Origin: Candidatus Obscuribacteraceae bacterium
GTDB taxonomy: Bacteria; Cyanobacteriota; Vampirovibrionia; Obscuribacterales; Obscuribacteraceae
Reading direction: 5' to 3'
Assembly (NCBI GenBank): GCA_044226015.1
Contig: JBGAHS010000001.1
Location: 128,001 to 192,000, forward strand
Length of the DNA stretch: 64,000 bases
Shown one piece after another: positions 26,938 through 38,030 of this stretch. Position numbers and translations under genes: made by a program. Numbering within the stretch: the first letter of the stretch is position 1; each line of letters begins with the position of its first letter. The notes beneath the pieces are model-generated. The model had not been told where the DNA came from, searched no databases, and saw only the letters and a program-made list of their open reading frames with translations.

Positions 26938-29900
26938 ATGTTTCGAAAAACTATTTGTATCATGTTCTCCGTGAGCATGTGCTCACCGCAGGCTGTCCTT
27001 GCACATGGTGCGGACAGTCACAATATGGCGTGTTCCCCAGGTGGACACCAACTTAGTTCGGGTGCTTCGCACTGTATGCGTGCGGTGCCCGTAGACATCC
27101 AGGCTGGAGCTCAAATTCAGTCGATGCAACGCGTGATGACGCCTCAGATACCGCAGGCGGTATCGCATGTGATGCCCCCAGTGGTAAGCAATCAGTTATC
27201 GCAAAACATTGCTAATCTTACTCAAAACACTGCAGCTACTGTTGCTACCCGCGCAAATGTTCCGACAAACCCCGCAATGACTGCGGCTTTGACTAACAAT
27301 ATTTGTACTGCCACCAACATAAATGCGTGTGCCACTCCAGTAAACGTCAATATTCATCACCACCATCAGATGCCAATGGCGGGAGTAATAAACCAGCTTC
27401 CTAGTTGTGCTCCGGTTACAAATGTTCTCTCACACATTCATGATCATTCTGCAGCATGTGATATTGCTTCCCATATTCAATGTTCGCCTGCAGCGCAGCT
27501 GGCTACCAGCAATGCTGTTGCAAGTGCTATGGCTCAAGTAGCCCCTAATGGAATCGGCGCTGTTGCTCCTGGTCTTCACCACCATGATGGACATGTTCAC
27601 GGATTGCCAGGCGTTAACGTGGGTCAGATGGCAAATTTACCATCGATGAACCAAAGTCTCATAAATACCGTTAGCCAGCTTTGTGCTGCACCGAACGTGG
27701 TGGCAGGACCTGGAGCGTGCCCAGTTGCTGTGCATATAAATGGAACGGGTGCAATAAATCATCAGCATAATGTTTCTCCTGTTGGTGCACTTCTCCATGA
27801 ACACCATAGCTCCGGTGTTGTGATTCCTGTTAATGGAGGACCTAACTGCGTTCTTCCAGGAGTGGCTCAGACCCACCACCATTTGCAAGGTGTGAATCTA
27901 GGCATGGGACTTGGACATCATCCTCAATTACCTTCGAATTGTGCTCCAGTTGCAATTAATTGTGAGCCACCAAAGAATTCGTGTCCGGTGCCACCAATTT
28001 GCTCGACACCAATCGAGCATGGTCATGGTGCGCACGGGCATCGACCTGGGTCGTTCGGAATACCAGGATTGCCAGGCGTAGGTGGACATGATCATGCTCA
28101 TCATCCAGGGCTGCCGGGCTTGCCTGGTTTGCCGTCTGGTGATGGTCACGATCATGGTCATCATACTGGAATTCCTAATTTGCCAGGACTTCCTGGTGGT
28201 GGCGGACACGGACGTGGTCATGATGATGGTGGCATTTGTTTGCCGAACTTGGCAGGTGGCATTGGGCACGAACACGACCATCATCCGGGGCATCCTGGTG
28301 TGCCTGGGCTGCCTGGCGGTACAGTGAACCTGCCACATCATGACCATAACGGATCATGTCAGCCTGTGATTCCTCCAGTGTGCTCGTCGCATCCAACGAA
28401 TCCGTCGCATCCAACTAGCCCTACTGCTCCGACGCATCCTTCTGAACCGACATGCACCACGGCACCGACCAGCCCAACGCACCCAACACATCCGACACAT
28501 CCGACATCGCCTACGCATCCAAGCTCGCCGACAAGTCCGACGCATCCAACACATCCGACGTCGCCAACGAGCCCGACGAATCCTACTGAACCAAGTTGTC
28601 CATCCGGACCAACGAGCCCGACAAATCCGACGCATCCAACACATCCAACCTCGCCGACGAGCCCGACGAATCCAACACATCCAACCTCGCCGACGAGCCC
28701 GACGCATCCAACACATCCAACCTCGCCGACGAGCCCGACGAATCCAACACATCCAACGTCGCCAACGAGTCCGACATCGCCAACGAGTCCAACGTCGCCA
28801 ACGAGTCCGACATCGCCAACGAGTCCGACATCGCCAACGAGTCCGACATCGCCAACGAGTCCAACTTCGCCAACGAGTCCAACTTCGCCAACGAGTCCAA
28901 CTTCGCCAACGAGTCCGACATCGCCAACGAGTCCGACATCGCCAACGAGTCCAACTGCCAACGAGTCCGACATCGCCAACGAGTCCGACATCGCCAACGA
29001 GTCCAACTTCGCCAACGAGTCCGACTTCGCCAACGAGTCCGACATCGCCAACAAGTCCGACATCGCCAACGAGTCCGACATCGCCAACGAGACATCGCCA
29101 ACGACATCGCCAACGAGTCCAACATCGCCAACGAGTCCAACTTCGCCAACGAGTCCAACTTCGCCAACGAGTCCGACATCGCCAACGAGTCCAACTTCGC
29201 CAACGAGTCCGACATCACCAACGAGTCCGACATCACCAACGAGTCCAACATCGCCAACGAGTCCGACATCGCCAACGAGTCCGACATCGCCAACGAGTCC
29301 GACATCGCCAACGAGTCCAACTTCGCCAACGAGTCCAACATCGCCAACGAATCCAACATCGCAACATCGCCAACGAGTCCGACATCGCCAACGAGTCCGA
29401 CATCGCCAACGAGTCCGACATCGCCAACGAGTCCGACATCACCAACGAGTCCGACATCGCCAACGAGTCCCACATCGCCAACGAGTCCAACTTCGCCAAC
29501 GAGTCCGACATCGCCAACAAGTCCGACATCGCCAACGAGTCCGACATCGCCAACGAGTCCGACATCGCCAACGAGTCCAACTTCGCCAACGAGTCCAACT
29601 TCGCCAACGAATCCAACTTCGCCAACGAGTCCGACATCGCCAACGAGTCCGACATCGCCAACGAGTCCCACATCGCCAACGAGTCCAACTTCGCCAACGA
29701 GTCCAACTTCGCCAACGAGTCCAACTTCGCCAACGAGTCCAACATCACCAACGAGTCCCACATCGCCAACGAGTCCAACTTCGCCAACGAGTCCGACATC
29801 ACCAACGAGCCCGACATCACCAACGAGTCCAACCTCGCCAACGAGTCCGACAAGCCCGGGTGGTATCACTTTGAACAATATTCCGGGATTGCAAATACCC

Positions 29901-32273
29901 TTCAATTTCATCACGCCAAATCAGTACGTCTTCATGGTCAACCAGACCAAAGAAAGTTACCTGGAGCACATCACCAACTCGCCCGCCGCTCGCACTGCAT
30001 TACTTAATGGCGGAGTTGTTCTAACAAAAGGACAAAACGTAGTTGAAGGCGGAGACAAAGGTGAGACTATTCACATGGATGTCGCCGATGTAGAAGTTCC
30101 ACCGCATGGAATGGTGGTCTTGCAAACCTCCGACAGCGCCAGAATAGGCGTAATATCTTTCACCGATATCGAGCGTGGAACTGTAACCATAAACATTCAC
30201 GGTCATGGCTCCTATCCGATTCCGAGTGGAGAGCAAATAGTCGTAGAAGTGCCTGCGAACGCCACTGTGTTCCGTGGCGATCGCCACAATCGACACAACA
30301 TCGCGACGAACAATCCAGCAATGCGCAATGATTCACGTGGACCAGCCATCGCCAGCAACAATGGCGTGATGAGAACTGACTCCATCGGACCAGCAAATAT
30401 TGCAAAACCTGACACCGTGATGCGCAATGATTCACGTGGACCAGCCATCGCCAGCAACAATGGCGTGATGAGAACTGACTCCATCGGACCAGCAAACATC
30501 GCAAATTCCAACACCGTAATGCGCAATGACTCACGTGGACCAGCAGTCGCCAGCAACAATGGTGTGATGAGAACTGACTCCATCGGTCCAGCAAATATTG
30601 CAAATTCCGACACAGTGATGCGCAATGATTCGCGTGGACCATCCATTGCCAGCAATGGCGTGATGAGAACTGACTCCATCGGACCAGCAAATATTGCAAA
30701 TTCCGACACGGTGATGCGCAATGATTCGCGTGGACCAGCCATCGCCAGCAAACGAACTGCCAAAGGAAATGGCGCGCCAGGTCCGAGTACCATCGCGGCT
30801 GCAAACAACATTGTGCGCAATGACTCTCGTGGACCGGCTGTTTCTCAACCAGCCACTCAAATGGGCAAGGCTGGACCGAGCACAATTGCCGCGGCAAATA
30901 ACGCTATGCGCAACGACTCTCGTGGACCCGTCGCAACTCCAAATGGAGTACCTCTGGACACGATTGCTAAGCAGCCATTATCGATTAACGGCGTTAGCGT
31001 CAACCGGCTAGACTCGGAAGGACCGGCGGTGCAGAAGCTACCGCAAGGAGTGAACAACTATCCGAACGGTTCCTCACTAATTGGCAGTATGCCTGGTGTC
31101 ACTATCAACGGTGCAGGCACTGCTGGTGGTGCGACCGAGCGGGTGGGCGAGATTGCTCCAATCGAAAATTCCACCGTTGCAGCACAAGTATTCCCACGAG
31201 GCGAGTATAAAGACTTGAACTACAAGACATACGCTGCTAGCGCCTCTGGAACGAAGCGATTGACTAACGGTACAGAGACAGACTTCACAATGACGCCGGA
31301 CTCAGCCGACGCTCCTAATAACAGAAAGGAGCGAAACGAGCAAATAGCCTTGCTCTCAGGTGAAGAGCCGGTGAAGACCCTTGAGGGTGAACTCACTGTA
31401 GACGAAGAAGTTCCGCAGATTATGAAAGCGATGGTGAAGATGCCGGAAGAAGTTCCGAAAGAACTCATCTGGAACACCACCTACCACCACTTTAGATACT
31501 GGCTGCCAATCCACAGGAATGGTGCCGTGGGAGGTAGTGAGGGCTGCGGAGTACGCGCTGCATCAATCGACCGCGGTGAAGTCACTGGCATGAACGATAG
31601 AAACAAGACGGGTATCATCTCATCGCAGGATAAGCTCAACCCAATCGCGTTTTCGTCATCACTGCCGCTGGCAGCTACGAATATTCGCCAGACCGTAGGC
31701 AGCATTATTGAGCAAGCTGAGCCATCCATTTACAGGATGCACACAGGAAACGCCCTTTTCGACGGTGCTCAAGCTTGCAATGTTGTCACTCCGCACGGCG
31801 AAGTCGTGATTAAGAAGGGGGCTGTTGTTCAGGTTTGCGTGACCCCACAAGTGACCTACGTCCGCAATTTATACGATAACTCCACACATGATGTAAGCAC
31901 TGTGGTGAACAACTACAAGCTCCAAGTTCACCCTGGTCAGGAAGTGGCAATGGTAAATGGTTCCAGAACTCGTGTTCGAGATATCGTTTACAACGACAGT
32001 GTAGCTCGGCGTGATTTGCAAGTCTTCTCGGTTGATCAAGATAAGCATGTCGCAGTGAGTGACTTCTCTCACGTGAACTTGATGTCTTGCGACCCGATAT
32101 TGCACCAGATAAGAACGTCACCAGTAGATCAAGACAAAAAGCTATACGGCAAGCTAGAAAAAATGGCTGCTGTCATAACTACTGTTCACGATCGAACTCG
32201 TGCACCCTATGTGGTTCCTTATGAACCGATTACGGCGGCACGTGTGGCATCGAAGAGCAAGCCCGAAATCTAG
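26938..32273 (+). CDS. Large secreted His/Cys-rich, (Thr-Ser-Pro)n-repeat protein with FecR-like C-terminal domain; single gene (~1780 aa) interrupted by frameshifts in the repeat
   Basis: ORF 26938 gives the signal peptide, His/Cys-rich region and TSP repeat; ORF 28596-32273 continues TSP into the globular C-terminus. Indels at ~28956, ~29091, ~29103 and ~29362 explain the frame changes. Confidence 0.8.
28390..29858 (+). repeat. ~1.45-kb 9/18-bp tandem repeat (ACGAGTCCG/ACATCGCCA) encoding (T-S/H/N-P)n
   Basis: Directly visible array; heterogeneous THP/TNP/TSP units at the 5' end become pure TSP downstream. Confidence 0.95.
30321..30930 (+). repeat. Intragenic 99-bp (33-aa) repeat MRNDSRGPAIASNNGV-MRTDSIGPANIAxxxTV x4 plus degenerate copies
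   Basis: Units start at 30321, 30420, 30519, 30618 and 30714; RNDSRGP recurs near 30815 and 30905. Confidence 0.9.
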
Positions 32274-32291
32274 TTGAATAAACTAGCGAAG

Positions 32292-32331
32292 AGAAGAAGA
32301 GGACAGATTTCGTTTCTGTCCTCTTTTTCTT
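32292..32331. terminator. Intrinsic (probably bidirectional) terminator
   Basis: Stem AAGAGGACAGA/TCTGTCCTCTT with 7-nt loop, T-tract downstream and A-rich run upstream, between convergent genes. Confidence 0.8.
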
Positions 32332-32343
32332 AACGGCTCAGAA

Positions 32344-32400
32344 GTCGCCAGGATGGCGGCGCTCCCAGGCTTTAGGCTGCCAGGATGGCAGTGCCCAGGC
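32344..32400. repeat. Pair of REP-like palindromic elements
   Basis: GTCGCCA-GGA-TGGCGGC-GCTCCCAGGC and GCTGCCA-GGA-TGGCAGT-GCCCAGGC. Confidence 0.6.
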
Positions 32401-32401
32401 A

Positions 32402-33754
32402 TTAGAATCCGTCGCTAGCGCGTTCTTTCTTAACAGGCACTACGGGAGGAGCAGACTCCACCGGTGTAGGAATCGTCTCGACATCGTCTTTGTGCTTTTT
32501 CTTCTTCTCTTTCTTTTCAGGCTTGTCGTCCTTCGCTTCGTCTTTCTCGCGTTTTGTTTTGCTGCCGGAATCGGACGATGTTTCAATATTTCTTTGAGAG
32601 CGAGGCTCAGCAGGTGATGAGCTTCGGATTCTATACCCTCCGCGACCGCCGCCACTGCCACCGCCATTGCTGGTGTCGTCCTGTCCATAACCGCTTTCTA
32701 CTGGCTGTGATGGCTGACCGCCAGTCTCTTGCCCGATATTGCCCGACTCCGAACCAGATGATGAGCTTGAACGAATTTTGTAACCGCTGGCTCTAGGAGA
32801 ACTCTGTCCTGGTTGCTCGTCTGGAGAGGTTTGATTTTGCTGTGCCATCACGGATGGTGCGCTATATCGTGGCGGAAGCATTAAGTATGCAGGCGCTTGC
32901 TTGTAAAGCCAGCGAACGGTCGCTTTGTCAGAATTAGACAAGTATTTTGCAATGCCGTTCACACACATCAAGTCATCATTGTATGGACTGTGCTCTTTTA
33001 TTCCCAAGGCATGGCCGAATTCATGAGCTATTCTCGCTTGCAGCTTCTCAAACTCTGGAAGTGCTACAACCTCAATAATTACGGGAGTTCCATGAACAGG
33101 TTTGCCGTGTTGTGCTTCCGCTTGATGCACTTGATTTGCGTCATACAAAATTGCAACGGTATTGCCGCCGGTGCTCACCCCTCCAGCAGACTCATCGCCT
33201 GTCAATCTGTCTGCCCAAAAAAGCAATATGTTAGCCTGTGTGGGGTCGTCGACAAACTGGAATGAGAACAATCCCTCATTCTGGAATTCTCGCCATTGCT
33301 CTATGCCTTGAATAGCAGCCTGGTTCATGTCAGGAGTCCACGCTGCGCACTGCTGGAGACCTGCAATTGCGTTCCGGTCCTGGTTTAGCATGTTATAGAC
33401 TTCTTGCGGTCTTTGCGCGTTGATTGTTTGAATGGGCTCTTCAATCAATTTTTTGCCTGGGCTGATCCATACCTTTAACGGCATGAATCTGCCTTCCCAG
33501 TGCACTAGCTTGTGTCCCAATTTGGGTTCGCCGGGGTCGTAGATTTGCACCGAAGAGTTCTTTGGACGATAAGCTCCATCTTGTAAACTCACACCAGCAG
33601 CGGGTCCTGGCTGAGCACCATTTCCAAAGTGATTATTGAAGTTAGCGCGAGGTAAAGCGCGAGTTTGCGCTAGCGCAAATTGAGGCGAGACGACAGAATT
33701 AAGGAATATAACTGTTGAGATTAACAGTTGAAGATTGCTATCATTTGCAGCCAT
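32402..33754 (-). CDS. Secreted matrixin-family (metzincin) metalloprotease with disordered C-terminal tail
   Basis: HEFGHALGIKEHS zinc motif, Met-turn DDLM, MPLKVWI and a signal peptide. Confidence 0.85.
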   Translation of the reverse strand: MAANDSNLQLLISTVIFLNSVVSPQFALAQTRALPRANFNNHFGNGAQPGPAAGVSLQDGAYRPKNSSVQIYDPGEPKLGHKLVHWEGRFMPLKVWISPGKKLIEEPIQTINAQRPQEVYNMLNQDRNAIAGLQQCAAWTPDMNQAAIQGIEQWREFQNEGLFSFQFVDDPTQANILLFWADRLTGDESAGGVSTGGNTVAILYDANQVHQAEAQHGKPVHGTPVIIEVVALPEFEKLQARIAHEFGHALGIKEHSPYNDDLMCVNGIAKYLSNSDKATVRWLYKQAPAYLMLPPRYSAPSVMAQQNQTSPDEQPGQSSPRASGYKIRSSSSSGSESGNIGQETGGQPSQPVESGYGQDDTSNGGGSGGGRGGYRIRSSSPAEPRSQRNIETSSDSGSKTKREKDEAKDDKPEKKEKKKKHKDDVETIPTPVESAPPVVPVKKERASDGF

Positions 33755-33878
33755 AATTAAAGAGAACTAAGTTGAGTGAGGTGGGGCTTGTCAGGTGACC
33801 ATCCTATTCATTGTATCCATACCCAGCATCTTAGTTGTTTTCGCTGTCGTTTTTGGCTGATCTGGAGCATATAATTTA

Positions 33879-34598
33879 ATGTTGCTTGAACTTACCACCC
33901 CGACAATTGAAAGAGAAAGGTTGAAATTGCCCCAGGAGGGATATCAAAGTCTCAGCAAGATCGTGGCAAACGTCATTGCTGATTTGATTAAGGAAAAGCC
34001 CGATGTCTGCCTAGGTTTGCCGACTGGTAGAACGCCCCTTGCTTGCTACAACTATCTTACTGAGATGTCCAGCGACGGTGCAGTCGACTGGAGTCGGGTT
34101 CAGTGCTTCGGTTTGGACGAGTATGTCGATGCCGCCGAACAGCATTCTTTCAGAAAATTTTTGAAAGACAATTTGTATCAGCATACAAATGTATCTAAAG
34201 AGAACCTACACAACCCGATGTTTTGCGATAACTACGATGAGCAAATCGCATCGCTGGGCGGGCTTGACCTCTGCGTTTTGGGGCTAGGTCGAAACGGACA
34301 TATTGCATTTAATGAACCTGGTACCCCGCGCAGCAGTTGGACGCACTCTGTAGTTTTGAGTGAATCGACGCGGCAGGCAAACGCTGAATTCTTTCTGGGC
34401 GGCAAAATTCCGACCCGCGCTGTCACGATGGGGCTGAGTACAATTCTCTCGAGTAAGAGAATTATTTTGATGGTTTCGGGTGATTCCAAGAAATCGATTT
34501 TGACAAAAGCAATGCGTGGACCTGTCACAAGCGAAGTGCCTGCCTCGTTTTTGCAAGAACATGAGAATGTCATGGTTCTGGCTGACTTCGATTACTAA
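33879..34598 (+). CDS. nagB: Glucosamine-6-phosphate deaminase
   Basis: LGLPTGRTP, LDEY, LGLGRNGHIAFNEPG and PASFLQEH motifs. Confidence 0.92.
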   Translation: MLLELTTPTIERERLKLPQEGYQSLSKIVANVIADLIKEKPDVCLGLPTGRTPLACYNYLTEMSSDGAVDWSRVQCFGLDEYVDAAEQHSFRKFLKDNLYQHTNVSKENLHNPMFCDNYDEQIASLGGLDLCVLGLGRNGHIAFNEPGTPRSSWTHSVVLSESTRQANAEFFLGGKIPTRAVTMGLSTILSSKRIILMVSGDSKKSILTKAMRGPVTSEVPASFLQEHENVMVLADFDY

Positions 34599-34643
34599 AC
34601 TTAGTTAGCCCGACTGCTATCTTCTTGATCACCGCTATTTGCA

Positions 34644-35615
34644 GTGAGACAATATGTCCTTGCTGATTTAGTAATGAGTAAGATGAGCAGGGCAGCTAAG
34701 TTCGCCAGAAAATTTTTCGTGGGTTTCATCTGCGTTGCGCAAATTTCGGCAATTGCGATGCCTGCTTTTGCTGAAAGCAATTTGGCGATTCGTCCGGCTC
34801 GTCCACTATTGGGACAAATTCTCAACGTTTCACAGCTTCCTCCTTCAGATCGTGAGCTCGCCGAAGAACTCGAGATTTGGGACATGCTAGTCGAGCTGTA
34901 CGACGCTGAACATCCGCCGACGCCCGCAAGGCGAGAAGTCTTGAGGGCAAAAATTCACGAAACAATCGTTGAGAGTTATCTCGATGTTGCCAGTGTTCAA
35001 GCTGAAGCCAATCGTGAGGCTGGCTTGCTGGATGCGTTGCGTGATAGTGCCCTCGACAAGCGTGACCGCAGTGTAGATCGAAATAATGCGGCTAACTTTA
35101 TTGCATCGGGAACCTTGAATACGGTGGGTTCAGTGCTTGGATTTACAAATGCGATTCCGCCATTTCCTGGTAACTTGAACCAGATGCTTTCCGGTGTTGT
35201 GTCAACTTCGATGTCAACCTACGCGATGAAGCAGAGTGCGGGCGGCAAAACAATAGGACTCGGTAAACCGACTTTGCTTGCAGAGTTGTTTGGGCGCCCA
35301 ACCGATGAGCGTACAGTTTTTCCAGAGAGTGTCTGGAGGTTTTTGCATGGGCATTCGCTCGACCATCAGGACAGGAGTCGAGCCCAGGTTTTAGAAGACT
35401 ATTGGATTGATAAAAAGCACCTGGAAAAACATGGCAGTCGGCGAGAGCAGTTGAAGCTTGATATCGTATGTGGTGTGCCCATGAAAAAGAAAGTGGTCAG
35501 CATTGATGATATGAATGATCAGATTCATATGATTAACGATATCGGTTCAACAGTTGCACGAATGGCGCACCATCTGCGTGACCTTATCTGCTTAATTGAC
35601 ACTGACGTTATTTAG
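34644..35615 (+). CDS. Hypothetical exported helical protein
   Basis: Long ORF with signal-like segment ending AMPAFA-E; true start probably at a downstream ATG (34674 or 34683). Confidence 0.7.
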   Translation: MRQYVLADLVMSKMSRAAKFARKFFVGFICVAQISAIAMPAFAESNLAIRPARPLLGQILNVSQLPPSDRELAEELEIWDMLVELYDAEHPPTPARREVLRAKIHETIVESYLDVASVQAEANREAGLLDALRDSALDKRDRSVDRNNAANFIASGTLNTVGSVLGFTNAIPPFPGNLNQMLSGVVSTSMSTYAMKQSAGGKTIGLGKPTLLAELFGRPTDERTVFPESVWRFLHGHSLDHQDRSRAQVLEDYWIDKKHLEKHGSRREQLKLDIVCGVPMKKKVVSIDDMNDQIHMINDIGSTVARMAHHLRDLICLIDTDVI

Positions 35616-35725
35616 TTTTTTTTGAAAATGTAGCAATCCTTTCTGCTCAATTTTTTGAAAGCAGTTCCGATTTGTTCCAAACTCAGTTTTGGAAATATTC
35701 CGACCATGTGTTTCAGTATTTCCAG

Positions 35726-37183
35726 TTACTTTTTTTCTTCGTCGGTATGCGGTTTGACTGCTAGCGCAAGAAAGCCGGCCAGAGCCAGAGATGCGGCCAG
35801 TGCAGCCAGCGAGAACTTGAAGTCGGAATTGAAGTGCTTTATGAAGCCAACGATTGAGGGACCAGCGAATCCACCTAGATTTCCCACGGAATTGATGAGT
35901 CCGATGCCTGCGGCGGCTGCTTCTTCATTCAAGTATGATGTAGGCATTGCCCAGAATGGACCAACAGTTCCCCAGATGCCAAATGCAGTAATGCTCAAGC
36001 ACGCTAATGCGAGAATGGGGTCTTTGAAAAATCCACATGCTAACAAGCCGAATGCTGCGAGTATCGCAGACGCGAATACATGCCAACGACGTTCTTGTTT
36101 TTTGTCTGAATGCATCGCGACAAAGACCATGCCCAATCCCTGAAATACGGCAGGTATAGCCGAAAGCAGCGCTGCGGTGGAGTCTTCGCCAGATTCATTG
36201 TGTGCGCTTACCGCTTGAGTTGCTGCGCTTGCAACTGCAGAGTGCTCTTCGAAGTTCTTTATGATTTGTGGCAGCCATAGTTGAAAACCGTACATACCGA
36301 GAGCAAGCAAAAAGTAGAGTAAGGCTAGATGCCAGACTCGACCGCTAGTAAATACATTCTGTTTTGCAGTTTTGGTGTTTGCTTTTGAATCAAGTTCTGT
36401 GACTTCCGATGGCTCAGCAGATTCACTTGGGTTAGCTTCTTCAGTGTGCTGCCACACAGTTCGCTTTTGCTCAGAAATTTTGTTCAGAAGCCAATTTTTT
36501 TCATCGTCTTTCAGCCATTTGCATTCATGCGGACCGTCAAGCAACACGAAATAAACGATTAGTCCCAGGAAAATTGCTGGCGTTCCTGTGATGATGAAAA
36601 GCCATTTCCACCCTGGAAGACCCATTACTCCGTGCATCAGCAGTACCCGCGAACTCACCAAGCCGCCGACAACTCCAGCTAGAGGTATTGCGGTCATAAA
36701 TCGAGCTACCGCTTTTGCGTGTTCTCTTTTTGGAAACCAAAATGTCAAATATAAAATCATGCCGGGAAAAAATCCGGCTTCTGCAACACCGAGCAAAAAT
36801 CGCATTGCGTAAAACCAGTAAACATCTTTCACCATGCACATGGAGGCTGAGATGCCGCCCCAGATAACCATGATGACAGCTATCCACTTTCGTGCGCCTA
36901 GCCTTTTCACCATGATATTGCTCGGAACTCCGAACAAGAAATATCCAATGAAAAACGCGCCTGCTCCGAGTCCAAAAACGCCCTCGTCAAATCCGAGGTC
37001 TCTGTTCATTTGCAAACCCGCAAATGAAACATTGATGCGGTCCAAGTATGCCACCACATATAGCAGCAGCATAAATGGAATTATTTTCCAACTGACCTTG
37101 TCTAGAACGTATGCATACTTGCTATCAAATGCCGCTTTCTCAGCGTCATCTTGTGGTGCACTTTGTTCAGGTGTTTGTGTCAA
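35726..37183 (-). CDS. MFS transporter, anion:cation symporter (TtuB/HpaX-like) family
   Basis: AYLDRINVSFA, RFLLGVAEAGFFPG, GWKWLF and GLINSVGNLGGF motifs. Confidence 0.9.
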   Translation of the reverse strand: MTQTPEQSAPQDDAEKAAFDSKYAYVLDKVSWKIIPFMLLLYVVAYLDRINVSFAGLQMNRDLGFDEGVFGLGAGAFFIGYFLFGVPSNIMVKRLGARKWIAVIMVIWGGISASMCMVKDVYWFYAMRFLLGVAEAGFFPGMILYLTFWFPKREHAKAVARFMTAIPLAGVVGGLVSSRVLLMHGVMGLPGWKWLFIITGTPAIFLGLIVYFVLLDGPHECKWLKDDEKNWLLNKISEQKRTVWQHTEEANPSESAEPSEVTELDSKANTKTAKQNVFTSGRVWHLALLYFLLALGMYGFQLWLPQIIKNFEEHSAVASAATQAVSAHNESGEDSTAALLSAIPAVFQGLGMVFVAMHSDKKQERRWHVFASAILAAFGLLACGFFKDPILALACLSITAFGIWGTVGPFWAMPTSYLNEEAAAAGIGLINSVGNLGGFAGPSIVGFIKHFNSDFKFSLAALAASLALAGFLALAVKPHTDEEKK

Positions 37184-37880
37184 AACAATTCTCGATTGCT
37201 CGAATTGACTCCACTTTGAATAAGAGGTCGTCTGCTTCTTCTGCTCGCCCTGTTTTTGCTAGAACATGAGCATAGTTTTCGAGGCACATTGCTGTTTTTG
37301 CATGCTCTAAACCAAGCACTGAAATCCAGATATCTAGAGCGCTTAGAAAAAGATTTTCGGCACGTTCCAGATGACCATTTTGAGCATAAACCCATCCTAG
37401 ATGGTTCAAACTCTCAGCAATTGCGGAATCGAAAGGTTCCAGCACACATAGTCTAATAAATAGAGAACGCTTTAGTAAAGACTCGGCAACGTCGAACTTG
37501 TCTCTGTCGTGATACAAGGCGGCGAGGGAGTCGAGCACGGTGGCTAAAAATGCGTCCTCGGGGCGGCACTCAGATTCATAAATATCGAGGCAGCGTTCAT
37601 ACTCTAGCTTTGCGGCGGCGAATTCTTCCCGCTCAAAGTAACTCAAGCCTATATAGTAGAAGAGCTGAGTGATTGTTTCATCTTGAGGGTCAACTGAAAC
37701 TCCGCGTATTGCAAGTGCCTTGCGGAAAGAAGTTTCAGCTGTTTCGGCGTCGCCTGCTTCGAGCTGTTTCAAACCCAGCGAAACCCAAGCATCGGCGACT
37801 GCAAGGTGGTCTGAGCCCAGAAGCTCAGTTAGTCGAAAAACGTTTTCTTTTAGAGCTTGCTCTTCAGTGCCAGAAATCAT
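37167..37880 (-). CDS. TPR (kinesin-light-chain-type, TPR_12) protein
   Basis: 42-aa-type TPRs (SLNHLGWVY...AENLFLSAL; LGLEHAKTAMCLENYA). Confidence 0.8.
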   Translation of the reverse strand: MISGTEEQALKENVFRLTELLGSDHLAVADAWVSLGLKQLEAGDAETAETSFRKALAIRGVSVDPQDETITQLFYYIGLSYFEREEFAAAKLEYERCLDIYESECRPEDAFLATVLDSLAALYHDRDKFDVAESLLKRSLFIRLCVLEPFDSAIAESLNHLGWVYAQNGHLERAENLFLSALDIWISVLGLEHAKTAMCLENYAHVLAKTGRAEEADDLLFKVESIRAIENCFDTNT

Positions 37881-38030
37881 TTTGCCTCACTGAAATAGTT
37901 CTTATTCCAGTGTAGCAGTTAAAGCCATATGCGGCGAATCTTGTCAGGGGGAATGTGCCAAAACCTATAATTCATAACCCATGGCGCGTTTCAGGTTGTA
38001 TTGACAATATACAGCTCTACGAGTCCGAAT

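Noticed and set aside
28354..29914. Antisense and alternate-frame ORFs (VGLVGD, LAMSDS, ANESDI and RHRQRV repeats) as real genes
   Set aside because: They are shadows of the stop-free TSP repeat; only the TSP frame joins sensibly to the flanking unique coding sequence
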